DNA of 64,000 nt from Felis catus (taxonomy: Eukaryota): the NCBI RefSeq assembly GCF_018350175.1, contig NC_058368.1, positions 102,054,001 to 102,118,000 on the forward strand, in the 5' to 3' direction. The notes beneath the pieces are model-generated. The model worked only from the letters and a program-made list of their open reading frames with translations, did not search any database and had not been told where the DNA came from. Below, piece by piece: positions 51,497-64,000 of the stretch. The translations under genes were made by a program, and so were the position numbers. Numbering within the stretch: position 1 is the stretch's first letter; every line of letters begins with the position of its first letter.

Positions 51497-52546
51497 TGTG
51501 AGATGGCAAGATAATTACTGGAGCCTTCGGGGAGAAGGATTGGTGGTAATATCCTACTTTGCTCTTCTTCCAAAAGGGAACTGTGTGTATATATATCGGG
51601 GTGGGGGGGGGCAGGGAGGGGAGAGGTGGCCTCCAAGGAACTCACTCAGAGAGACCAGGAATGCCAGGGAGAAAGAGAAACCAGCATATTATTCCCAGGT
51701 GGATCCCTGAGGAAAGGCAAAATTTGCAGACTCACCCACAACCTGAGTAACAAATAGCAAAGTTCATGGATGTACCTGACACATATCTATGGAACTGAGA
51801 GGGGTGGGGAGGAAGGAGAACCTCTAAGACATATATATACACGCGTGCTTCTCACTTGAACATTTCTCAAAGGCAGAAAGTGCCAGAGCTGTCTGAGCAG
51901 AGCTTGCGTAGAGACCATCCTACTGTGTCTAAGAAGAACCTGGGGGAAGATGCCACCACACTAGGGTCCTACAACTCTTGAAGGGTACCATAAGTGACCT
52001 CAGCGATTCTGGGAATGCCCCTAGATGTGTACATGAGATAAGATGCCATAAGGCTACCCAGGTGGTTTTCAGGTGAATCAGGTAAAGAAAAATAAAGTCC
52101 TGCTTGGAGAAAGGTGTGAGGTAGGGAGCACTTAGCAGGGCTAAAGCAGTAGAAGGCTGCCTCTCTCTCTGTGAATTCTTGATACCGGAGGGGATCAGAT
52201 AGAAAGCTGACCCTTTCAGGTAAACAAACACATCCTCTATGCAAAGTCTGCCTCGCCAGCGGAGGACTGCTGCAGAGTTGGAACTGAACCAAACCAAATT
52301 ATGACTGCTCAAACAGGAGACTGAGAGCAACCTCTGCTGCCGCCCTGGAAATGGCTCTCTTTAGAGAGTAGTAGGCAAATGTGTTTTCCAAACAGGAACA
52401 ATCCAGAGATAACACATTCTAAAGGGAGACGCTTACACCGGAGGTTAGACACTTCCCCCTGATGCTTATTAAAGTTGTGGACCCCAGGCCTGGTGCTCAC
52501 CACCCTGTGATCCAACTGACCACCTGCACTCCCTCCCCATACTACA
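51497..52546 (+). mobile_element. Possible ancient ERV solo LTR (family unassigned)
   Basis: TG..CA termini (tgtgag..actaca) with ATTAAA ~75 nt before the end; no clear TSD. Confidence 0.35.
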
Positions 52547-53499
52547 CAAGACTGAAGAGCAATCAGTCACCACTGAGGACCCCCCATTAAGTCACAAGCC
52601 TTACGGGAAGTACTGTGTTCACTTTGATATGCCATTTCTGCTGCGCTTTGCAGCCAAGAAACTGAGGAGGAGACTCCAAGAGTTACTCATAGAGATTACG
52701 GGGACAAGAGGAAGAAGAGACATTCTACTCTTGATTATGTGCTCGGCAATCTAGCCCTTGCTCTATGGGATCACAGAAGACAACTACTGGAAAGACATGA
52801 CAGAACGGCGAAGAATTGTCCTATACACATGTCTTTTGCTAAAATGGCAAGAATTCATGTGTTTTCTGGAGCTTTAACTAGACTCTGTAGAAGGGGGCTC
52901 ACCTTTCAGCTTCCTGCCAAGACCCCATATGAGACCTGCCCACTGAGCAAGACACCACAAAAGCAAGAGTCTGCAGTATGGAGACGAGAGATGAAGGAAG
53001 GCGTTGTCCAAAGCTGGATCTCCAAGGTCAAGGACAATGCAATGGTGGCACCCCTGGACCCTCCATGGGGTTCATGCACGCACCCCATGAGAGAGCCAGC
53101 ACTTGAAAGCCTAACAAGAAGAAAAGCAAACAGAGCAGAGAGCTGCAGCGTCAGCCACCGAGCACAGAGACAACTGTCTCCTTTCTCTCTCTGCTCTTTG
53201 CCCTGACCCACAAGAGGGGCTAGGCCTTCAAGAGGCAGGAAGGAAGGTGTCTCCACACAAGATCACCCACCTTCTCTCCCTCATCCTACCTATTCAAGCT
53301 CTCCGGGTCCCAGCCTGTGCCTGTTCTCGGGGGAAGACAGAAGAGATCTGTGTACAGTTTCAAGCTGCTCCAGACTTACTGTTCAGTTATGGAATATGAC
53401 CTTGAGATTGGACAAAGTAGTTGAACACAGCGAATGAAGAAAAGTCTTTCCTATTATATGATTCACGGGGTTTGCCTCTTCAGTATGTCACATTTTTCA

Positions 53500-53820
53500 A
53501 AGATAAACTTTATTTTTTAGGACAATCTGGGATTCATAGCAAAATTGAGTGGAAAGTACAGAGAGTTCCCATACACCCTCCTCTTACCTATGCCCAGCCT
53601 CGCCCTATCAGCATCCCACACCAGACTGTACTTGCTAGTCTAAGAACCTGCATTGATGTGCTGTCATCACCCAGAGCTCATAATTTACACTAGGGTTCAC
53701 TCTTGGTATTGTATGTTGCATGGGACCTCACAAATGTATAATCTAATCACGTGTACGGACCATTAGAGTCTCATAGAGAACAGTTTTCACTGGCCCCTAA
53801 AAATACCCTGGGTTCCACCA
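53500..53820 (-). mobile_element. L1MC-like 3' end
   Basis: aaaattgagtggaaagtacagagagttcccatacacc..tttacactagggttcactcttggt. Confidence 0.75.
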
Positions 53821-53942
53821 ATGACATCCATTTTCTATATGGATTTTCTCTGGAGTAGTAATGGGCTCATTCAAGATGTTCATACCACAACCTCTTCACA
53901 ATGGTTAACAATAACCCTCTTTAAGAATATTCTCGGATGTTT

Positions 53943-54375
53943 GGACATCCGTGTGGCTCAGTCGGTTAAGCATCCGACTTCCGCTCAGGTCATGATCTCA
54001 CAGCTCCTGAGTTCGAGCCCCATATCAGGCTCTGTGCTCACATTTCAGGATCTGGAGCCTGATTCAGATTCTGTGTCTCCCTCTCTCGCTGCTCCTCCCC
54101 AGTGTGCACTCTGTCTCTCTCTCAAGAATAAACATTAAAATAAAAAAAAAAAAAAGAATATTCTTGGGTGTTGCCTAGGTGGCTCAGTCGGTTAGGCATC
54201 TGACTGTTGATTTTGATTTTGGCTCAGGTCATGATCTCGTGATTCACAGGATCAAGCTCCACGTTGGGCTCTGCACTGATAGCACAGAGCCTGCTTGAGA
54301 TTCTCTCTCTCCCTCTCTCTCTCTGCCCCTCACCTGTTCACGCACTCTCTCTCAAAATAAATATATATTTTTTTA
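53943..54375 (+). mobile_element. Two Can-SINEs of different subfamilies inserted at the same site (53943-54153; 54168-54375)
   Basis: aagaatattct(c/t)gg occurs three times: 53923, 54154, 54376. Confidence 0.92.
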
Positions 54376-55353
54376 AAGAATATTCTTGGCATTTGGTAGT
54401 TGATGAATAAGTGGTGTTTTGTGATTATTTTTATGACTATTTATTCTATTTTTTTGGTATGATGTTCCTGTTCCTAGAATACTCTAATATACACGAATGG
54501 ACCCCATCCGTAACCATTAAAACAAAACCAGAAAGCGTTTGCACATCTTTCCACTGAGGCATTTACTTACAACTCTGATGTGATCTATCCTGGGAAGAGG
54601 GTGACATTATCATCATTTTACAAATGAAGCAAAGAGAATTAACATACCCTGAGCGTTAAAGGCTCCACATTCAGCCAGTGGAAAAACTAAAATTAAGCAA
54701 ATATGAGAGTCTCACTTAACACGAGTACTTCATGCCTACGAAACAAAGGGACGTTTTCCCTAAAAATGCTGATCAGGAGCCTAGTTTCTTTTAATTTAAG
54801 TGGAAAAGAAATATAATCCATCATACTTTAATACAAAGCCCTCCAGTGATTTCTTAAAAGGTAACTAAAATACAGCAAATTGCCTCCATACTAAGTAACA
54901 AATTACCATGTTAGCTTATAATGCACTTAAAATATTACTTCCTGATTACCAAACAATGACTACTGTTAACCAAGATTTGTCGGTGCAAGGTCGGCATGCT
55001 TTCTAAATGCCCTACACGACACTGTGATGCCCTAATACTCAAATATGGAATGTAATTTGAGACTAGTCTAGCGTATCATTTAGTTCAAAATATTGTGCTA
55101 AGTTTTAGATCCATAAATATATACCTATTTTTAACAAACAGGGGCTGAAATCTTGTTAAAAAACACATAAGTTCTGTGAAGTTTGGATAAAAACAATAAG
55201 GCAGAGTACCAGGCGATATGTCCAGACACATTCTGCAAGGTATGCCTGAATGTTCCTCGAAAGCCAAATCTAACACAGCTCTGGGAAGGGGAAATCGACT
55301 TGGTGAACTACCAGGAAAAGCACTTAGAAAAATAACACCCACATTGGATTTCT

Positions 55354-55587
55354 TTTTTTTTTTTTTTTTTTTTTTTTTTTCAGCGTTTTTTTATTTATTT
55401 TTGGGACAGAGAGAGACAGAGCATGAACGGGGGAGGGGCAGAGAGAGAGGGAGACACAGAATTGGAAACAGGCTCCAGGCTCTGAGCCATCAGCCCAGAG
55501 CCTGACGCGGGGCTCGAACTCACGGACCGTGAGATCGTAACCTGGCTGAAGTCGGACGCTTAACCGACTGCGCCACCCAGGCGCCCC
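55354..55587 (-). mobile_element. Young Can-SINE
   Basis: TSD tggatttct both sides; long pure poly-T. Confidence 0.95.
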
Positions 55588-56631
55588 TGGATTTCTAACT
55601 AAATGGCAATTCCAAGGGAACATATCGCTCTGTGTGCACTTAATCTTTAAGAGCACATCTACCAAGTATGGAAAAGTATATTTATTTTGAAGGCCTTTAA
55701 GGAAAGTTAAATGATCAGTTTCCCTACTTCCAGGGACTACTAGCCCTAATTCGGAAAAAGTAGGCAACTAATGTTTCAGAACTGGGGTGAGAAGGAGTCT
55801 TGATGACTTCCTTGGGCTTGGTCATGGCCTTGTGGCTATGTGGGGCAATATCCTTTTGATTAGGAAGTACATGTGTATGTATTTAGAGGTGAACTTTCAT
55901 GATGTCGGCAATGTACAAACAGTTCAATATATATATATAGTGTTGCATGTATATGTTGGGTGTAGATACCGTAGAGAAACAGAAAGAGAAAGAAAAGGCA
56001 AATGTAGCAAAATAATTGCTAAAGTTATAGCAAGAATGACTTGTCAGTGTAGTCTTTGTTCGAGTTCTCTACAGGGTTTGAATGTTTCCAAGCTACAAAA
56101 TTGGGAAAAATATTTGTTGATGGCAATGCAGTCGAAAATAATGACAAAGAATATTTTTCGTTGTTAGCATTTCACTATTTTACCACAAATACGTGGCATA
56201 TTTGTCTATGCAATGATGAAATACAAAGAGAATAAATAGCTAGAAAATAATCATTTATCCCAAATATAATTTAATCCAAATAGACTCTTTGCCAGTCTTT
56301 TGGTTATAACAGTCCAGATTTTTTAAGTAGGTACATCTTTTAAAAAGTGAGATTTTACTCTTGGAGTCTTTTGTTTTCCACTACTTAATATATTAGGAAG
56401 CTATTCCGTAAAAATAAACACCCATCTACATAATTTTAGTAGCTCTGTAGAAATCCATTATAAGGGTATATTACTATTTGTTTAATCAATACTTGATTTT
56501 AGAACATTTGGTCTGTCACCTGTCTTTTACTACTACAAAAAAACTTGCAGGGAGCAATACATACAATGATCTATAGCATATTTTTACCATTCATAACACT
56601 GTTCTCTTAAAAATACCTCCGGTATTAATTA

Positions 56632-56943
56632 CAATTGACCCTTGAACAATAGAGGTTAGACGTGCTGACTTCCCTGGAGTTGAAAATCTGAATATGACCT
56701 TTGATTCCTCCAAGACTTAACTACTAATAGCCTACTGTTGACCAACAGCTTTACCAATGACATTTGACTAATGCATATTTCGTCCTATATGTACTAGATA
56801 TTGTATTCTTATAATAAAGTAAGCTAGAGGAAATAAAGGCTATTAAGAAAGACATAAGGAAAATATATTTACAATACTCTACTTTCTTTATTGAAAACAA
56901 TCCACTTGAGCACTTCAAACCTGTGCTTTACGAGGGTCAAAAG
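56632..56943. mobile_element. Tigger2-derived MITE (TcMar-Tigger)
   Basis: TA then caattgacccttgaacaa left TIR; cgagggtcaa right TIR; internal cttaactactaatagcctactgttgacc. Confidence 0.85.
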
Positions 56944-57422
56944 TCTGAGCAAATTTTGCCATATTGCTTCTCAAAAAACCTGTACTTGTATAGCAAAATT
57001 ACCAACAAGGTATGGGAGGTTATTTTTCCCACTTTTTCCCATCTTTGCCAGCTGCATTTCTTGACTGCAGCAAGGTTGATCATTTTTATCATAAGCCGAC
57101 TGAATAGCTTCTCTGGAATTTTGTCTTTAAAAAGTTTTTTCAGTCCAGTTTTCCTTTAGGGGGTTATCATTTTCTTAATTTGTGGGAACTTGTTATATAT
57201 TAAGAATATCAACACTCTCTGGAATATACGTTGCCAACATTCTCCAAATTTCTTTTTAAACTGAACTGGTCATTTTGAGTAGTGTTGGATACAAAACTTT
57301 TAAATTTATACCTGGTTTATTTGAACGACATTTGCCTTTATGACTTCTGTCCTCGGGACAGCCCTTTCCTGCCAAGATTATATAAATATTCACTGGAATA
57401 TTTTACAGGTTTTTATAACATA

Positions 57423-58820
57423 TTTTTTTCTTTTTTTTATAGCTTATTGTCAAGTTGGTTTCCATACAGCACCCAGTGCTCATCCCAAATGGTGCCCTCC
57501 TCAATGCCCATCACCCACTTTCCCCTCTCCCCCACCCCCCATCAACCCTCAGTTTGTTCTCAGTATTTAAGAGTCTTTTGTGGTTTGCCTCCTTCCCTCT
57601 CTGTAACTTTTCTTTTTCCCTTTCCTCTCCCCCATGGTCTTCTCTTAAGTTTCTCAGGATCCACGTATGAGTGAAAACATATGGTATCTGCTTTCTCTGC
57701 CTGACTTATTTCACTTAGCATAATACCTTCCAGTTGCATCCACTTTGCTACAAATGGCCAGATTTCATTCTTCTCATTGCCAAGTAGTATTGCATTTTGT
57801 ATATATAAACCACATCTTCTTTATCCATTCATCCATGGATGGACGTTTGGGCTCTTTCTATTATTTGGCTAGGGTTGAAAGTGCTGCTATAAACATGGGG
57901 GTACAAGTGCCCCTATGCATCTGCACTCCTGTATCCCTTAGGTAAATTCCTAGAAGTGCTATTGCTGGGTCATAGGGTAGACCTATTTTTAATTTTTTAA
58001 GGAACCTCCACACTGTTTTCCAGAGCGGCTGTACCTGTCTGCCTTCCCACCAACAGTGCAAGACAGTTCCCATTTCTCCACATCCTCTCGAGCATCTATA
58101 GTCTCCTGCTTTGTTCATTTTAGCCACTCTGACTGGCGTGAGGTGGTATCTGAGTGTGGGTGTGATTTGTATTTCCCTGATGAGGAGAGGCGTTGAGCAT
58201 CTTTTCATGTGCCTGTTGGCCATCTGGATGTCTTCTTTAGAGAAGGGTCGATTCATGTCTTCTGCCCATTTCTTCACTGGATTATTTGTTTTCTGGGTGT
58301 GGAGTTTGGTGCGTTCTTTATAGATTTTGGATACTGGCCCTTTGTCTGATATGTTATTTGCAAATATTTTCTCCCATTTCGTCAGTTGCCTTTTAGTTTT
58401 GTTGATTGTTTCCTTTACAGTGCAGAAGCTTTTTATCTTCATGAGGTCCCAATAGTTCATTTTTGCTTTTAATTCCCTTGCCTTTGGAGATGTGTCAAGT
58501 AAGAAATTGCTGCAGCTGAGGTGAGAGAGGTTTTTTCCTACTTTCTCCTCTAGGGTTTTGATGGTTTCCTGTCTCACATTCAGGTCCTTTATCCATTTTG
58601 AGTTTATTTTTGTGAATGGTGTGAGAAAGTGGTCTAGTTTCATTCTTCTACATGTTACTGTCCGGTTCTCCCAGGACCATTTGTTAAAGAGACTGTCTTT
58701 TTTTCCATTGGATGTTCTTTCCTGCTTTGTCAAAGATTAGTTGGCCATACTTTTGTGGGTCTAATTCTGGAGTCTCTATTCTATTCCATTGGTCTATGTG
58801 TCTGTTTTGTGCCAATACCA
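57423..58820 (-). mobile_element. 5'-truncated feliform L1 (L1_Fc/L1_Carn-like); ORF2 C-terminal ~290 aa remains open (57861-58733)
   Basis: [49 protein letters not shown]; 3'UTR and T tail; taacata TSD core; embedded in older L1M. Confidence 0.95.
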
Positions 58821-59020
58821 TATTTTAACATAAAAACTTTTAATCTAATACAAAATTATTTTGGTGTAAGTTATGAAGTAAGGATATTGAATGATAAATT
58901 TCCAAATGATGACTGAATCACCTGTTATTCTTCATTTTGGATAATCCCATTTTCCCTCAACTTATTTGAACCACCTTCCCTTCTTATGATTTGTTTGTTT
59001 CACTAGGTCTATTTTGGGAT

Positions 59021-59253
59021 TAAAAAAATTTTTTTTTCACATTTATTCATTTTTTGAGAGAGAGAGAGAAAGAGACAGAGACAGAGCATGAGTGGGGGAG
59101 GGGCAGAGAGAGCAGAAGACACAGAATCAGAAGCAGGCTCCAGGCTCTGAACTGATAGCACAGAGCCCGATCCGGGGCTCGAACCAACAGACTGTGAGAT
59201 CATGACCTGAGCCAAAGTTGGACACTTACCCAACTGAGCCACCCAGGCGCCCC
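59021..59253 (-). mobile_element. Can-SINE
   Basis: TSD ctattttggg both sides. Confidence 0.93.
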
Positions 59254-62200
59254 CTATTTTGGGGGTTTTAAAATTTTGTATCATTGATCTAACTTACTAT
59301 TACCTGCAAAAGTGCCACCCTCTTCCGTAATGACTATGTCCTCACGATTTATTTATGCAGGTTTTCAAGTTAGCTGAGGTCACTTTCGGTCATTTATATT
59401 TTCTCAGGAAATCATTCACACAATTCAAAGATTTTAAGTTTATTGCCCATTGAAGCAGAATCATTGCCCATTGAAGGCTCTGTGATCCTTTATGTGTATG
59501 ATTCTGTGTATCTTAACGTTCCTCACTCCTTTCACCTTATTTCATCCAGCCAACAGTTTGGTTCCAATATTAGGCTTTTCAAAGTTCCTCGATTTGCTCC
59601 TTAAATCTATCCTTTTCCTTCTTTCCTAATTAACTATTTTAATCGCTTTCTGTTTTCTGTTTACCAGAAATTTAAGTTCCCACAAATGTCATCTCTGTAT
59701 TTCTACTTACTGTTCACCATCACTATTTACTCTTTTTCTTACCTTTACTTACGCCTTTCTCTTGTTTTTGGCTTTAATCAGGTGTTGCCGTCTGTCTTAT
59801 TTCTTGAATCGGTGTCCTGTTGATTTACCTTCATTCTTGTTTAATAATAAAGGCCCTTAATGCTACGAATTTTCTTCTGAATGGAACTGTGGCTCTATCC
59901 CAGACTTATTTATGAGCAGTGCTTCAGATGTGTTTATTTATAAATAATCTATTTCAATTATGAGCCACTCTTTCACCTAAAAGTTGCTTAGGAAAGTATT
60001 GAATTATAATGAAGGGGGTGGGTTAATCTCTTGCGGATTACAGTAAGAGTTTACTTATGGCCTATCCTGTGGTCAGTCTTTATAACTCCTTCACAAGGGT
60101 TGGAAGAAGAAATTATATTCCTGATTTTTTGGATATCCAGTTTTAAAAATTGCTAAAAAAAATGAGTTATATTACTTATACCACTTAAAGCTTCAACATC
60201 TTTATTCTTTTTTGATGTCTCAAAGACCAAGAGTAATTTATCAAAGATTCCCTATACTATTATTATACTATGACTGTTATTTCTTCCTAAGAAGAACTTA
60301 AGAAATGAAGGTAAAAATAAGAGCAGAGAAAATTTAAAGTGTTAGAAAATATTACTGGAAAATATTTCTACAATTGTCATCAAGGAAATGTTTCACAATC
60401 AAGACACCAAGTTCAAAGACCATTAAGAAGAGATTAACGCAGTTAGATGCAGAATTGTAACAACTTTTGGGTAAGGGACACCATCGCCAACATTTTTAAA
60501 GATCGCAAACATTTGCAACAAATAAGGCAACATTCCCAAGTTGTTGTTCTCTCTCATCGTCTTTTGAAAATTCAGAAGGGATAACATACAAAGAACCTAA
60601 AATGTTTCTAGAAATAAATATCAGCACCCTGAACTTCATTCTTCATCTCTTTTACCCGTGTTTATGAGTAGACAGCCTGTAGAGCACTGCGACGGCCATG
60701 TCCTGAAGCCACTTCTGGGCTGGGTGATGAAAGGCTATTTCTTTCCATCGGCTTCCATTCCTTGTCTACTATCTCCTGCAATTCTCTCCACAACTCAGTG
60801 TAATAACAATCAATGTCTAATGCAAAAAGACCCCACAAAAAAAACAGCAAGAGTAGGCCAGTGAAGTAGTTTCACGTGAGAACTTTTCCCAGTAGATACT
60901 TCCTACACCCATTAGTGACTACTCGATCTGACTAGCCAACCCAATTCCCCTCTCTTAGGGGGTTAAAACTCAGATGTGAGAGACAGGCAATCAACATTAG
61001 AGAAAAGCAAAAGACAAGAGCCACATACAGAGAAGTCAGCAAGTAGAAACCAGTCGGTTGGAGAGGCCATAGATCAAACGAAACCAGGAAGTGAGGAGGT
61101 GAGTAAAAAGAGACAGAAATGATAGGAGGAAGAAAAATGTAATACTGTTGCGGTAGAAGAGAGGGAGAGAGAACTCAGTAATGAGTACAGCAGAATAGAT
61201 AAAGTAGGACACAGACGTCCTCTGAGATGACAAGAGCTCTTCTTTCCCCTGGACGGGACGAGTGAGGTTATACTTCTCAGGGGTCTGACTTTTCATCTGG
61301 AGAACAGGATCTCACGTTCCCTGTGTTTCAGGTGTCATTTGGACTGCATCAGTGGTATTGAGATAGCCTAAGCCATTTCTCCATCCTTGTAAGATCCTAA
61401 CTAAAACAATTTCTCAGTATCCTTGCAGTTGGTGCCGTCCCCACCTCTTAGTACATTTCTCACGAATTATCTGAGCTTGTCGAGCATCTCTGCTCCACAG
61501 GCATACTCACCCTGCCACTGAATGTGCCAAATAATTGATGACTTCTTTATTCCAGAACTGTTAGCATTCTCTGCAATCATCAGTATAAATACTTTATTAA
61601 TAATTTGTATTTATAGAACATCTGCCTCCCAAAGAGCTCAGAGCTGTTGACAAACATCATCTCATTAATCCTGATAGCAGCCCCTTTATTTTTCATAAGG
61701 TAGAAATGTGTAACAGCTAATGGGTACTGTCACCTCCATTTGACTCATAGGAAAACTGAAATCCAGACAAGACTTACCTTTCCAAGTTCAACCAGAAATC
61801 AGAGAAATAGCCCAGCAATATAATCCAGAACTTCTGCCTTCTTATGCTCTATGTTCTCTCCTTAACACCTCTCACTTCAGGTCACGCACATATTCGTTAG
61901 AATGTACTAGTATAAATTTTTAAAGACAGCTTCTTCCATGAAGGGTAAAAAAAAAAAAAAAATCCCATAAACTCAAGATGAAAACTTAGTGGACTTTGAC
62001 CCGACTTTTCAAGAGGTTATCACTACAGCCAGACTCATGAAGAATGATTAAGTTCTAGAACTTACATTTTTACCGGCATTTTTAAGCTACCAAAATGGCT
62101 TCCGGATGTGATTTTTCCCTCATCCTGGGAACAGGAGAAACAACTTCAGGATAACTAAAGTGAAAGTAATAAGGCTTTTTGAGAAGGACACAAGCAATGG

Positions 62201-62879
62201 CACCTCAAAAAAACATTATATATCGAATAAGGGCAGCATGCTAGATATATCCATGCCCTATGTCATTGCAACCCTGTGAAACTGACATCGTTATCTTTAT
62301 TTTATCGGTGAGGAAACTGAGGATCAATGCAGTATATAATAAGCTGAGCTTTAACCCCCTTGACTCTGCTTCTCTTAGAAGCAGAAAGACTCTGTGCTTT
62401 CAGCAAACACCACCCAACTACTACAAATAATGGTAATCGCTGTTGCTGCTACTTTTGTTGTTTTGAATAACAGAATCCTGGAATCAGAGAGCCAGCCGAC
62501 TATAGCGTGGTACAGACACCACAGTTGATGCTTTATGTCAGTTACAGGAAAAAAAAAATCTAAGGAAAGTAATTAAACAATACTTTTTGATGCTGGAAAT
62601 CCTTCAACACGATTTGCAAGCGAGACCCTGAAATAAAACGTAGCCGCGTAAAAAAGCCCGCCTCAAGACAACTCTGCACAAAGATGGGATGGTAGTAAAA
62701 TCAGGACAAATTGGAAACTTTTTCATACTGATTCCTAATGGAGTACAATTGGACCCAACGTTTCCCGTGAGCACACAGATCCAGAAGAAAATTCCACTAG
62801 ACACCTAGGGCATATTAACGGGCTGCATTTGTACAGACCTCTACAAAATTTTCCAACGGAGCAAGCTACCCACAGCTCA

Positions 62880-63107
62880 GACAGAGGAAGCAAATTAGCT
62901 CTGCCTCCACTTTTTCCTTCTCTTCAGCCTTCCTCACATAGGGCGATGCCCACCCACATTGCTGACGGCCATCTTTGCTAAGTCTACCAATTCAAGTGCT
63001 CATCTCTTTTGGAAACACCCTCACAAATACACCGCTAAATAATATTTTGCCATCTCTCTGGGCTCGCCTTAGCTCAGTGAAGTTGACACATCAAATTAAC
63101 CACCACA
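62880..63107 (-). mobile_element. MLT2-type LTR fragment
   Basis: gaaacaccctcaca..aagttgacacatcaaattaaccaccaca. Confidence 0.75.
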
Positions 63108-64000
63108 TTTAATTTGGTTGTCCCAGCAGCTGTACCTCTGCACATTACTGCCAACAACACACAAGGGTTCCGTGTTCTCCGCATCTTCGCCAATGTTTCC
63201 AGTTTGGGTTTTTTATACCAACCCAGTTCGATCTGATTCATTCATTTTACCTACTGTACACCATTTCCTTCTACGAATATACCATAACTCATTATCCGTC
63301 CCCTAAGGGAAGCCTTTAGGTTGTTTCTGATTCGGTTGCTATTATAATCACCCTCAGCTTGAGCATTTCTAGGTATCTCGCTGCTTGCAGAGGTGAGAGT
63401 TTCTCTGGGCTACATAAGTGGAGTGGAATTTCTGTATCACGGGCAGATATAATTCAAACCTTAATATAATCTTGCCAAAATTCTCTTCAAAGAGGTATTT
63501 TCCCTATATTTACCCTCCCACCAGCTGAATGTGAGGGTGCCTGTTACTCCATATCCTGGAAAATAATTGCTATTCTCATAACGGACATAGCATCTCCCAG
63601 AAGTTAGGACAAGAAGGATTTCCGTGTCTGCTCTGTCCACAAAGGTACGGATGTTCTGTTAGTGCTTTGTCGTCCTCATTTTCTCTCTTCCCTGCCCCAC
63701 CTACACCCGATACCTGGAGATCCCCCTTTTCCCCTTCTAATGCCAACTTTATGATGACACTGATCTTAGATCTTTTCCCCCACTTGTGAACCTGTCAGAA
63801 GCCCAGCCAATCATCTCCCTCTTTATCAGAACTATGAAGTGAAATGCCTTACAGACCTCGTGGAATTTTCCAGGTAGTGAACTAACACCCACATGTTTCC
63901 CAACCATCAGAATCAGCCTCTAAGCCATTCTTTGGCTAAATTCTGCGGGCATAACCCCACGGGTTGTGGGAGCAGACAAAGAATGCCCAGGTATGACTGG

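Noticed and set aside
57861..58733. 290-aa ORF as a host gene
   Set aside because: It is the C-terminal part of L1 ORF2p in a 5'-truncated element.

Overview
Mammalian, most likely felid (cat-family), repeat-rich non-coding DNA. I found no intact protein-coding gene. About 30 tRNA-derived Can-SINEs of the feline SINEC_Fc type (many with clear target-site duplications, TSDs) occur with L1 fragments, MaLR/ERVL solo LTRs (MLT1, MLT2), MIR/L2 and DNA-transposon fossils. The main non-repeat feature is a ~4.7 kb + strand processed pseudogene of the NMD helicase UPF1 (13118-17791), with GC-rich 5'UTR, degraded CDS, complete long 3'UTR, AATAAA and a degenerate TSD. It retains the 11-codon insertion diagnostic of the long-loop isoform (UPF1LL), keeps a CpG-rich 5' end, carries a near-consensus CTCF motif in its 3'UTR, and sits inside nested L1 fossils. 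Other notable structures: a degenerate ~96-bp three-copy repeat rich in SOX-type motifs, a 76-bp duplication 3 kb apart, and several SINE-in-SINE or same-site insertions. Repeat family names are from recalled consensus sequences, not a database search.
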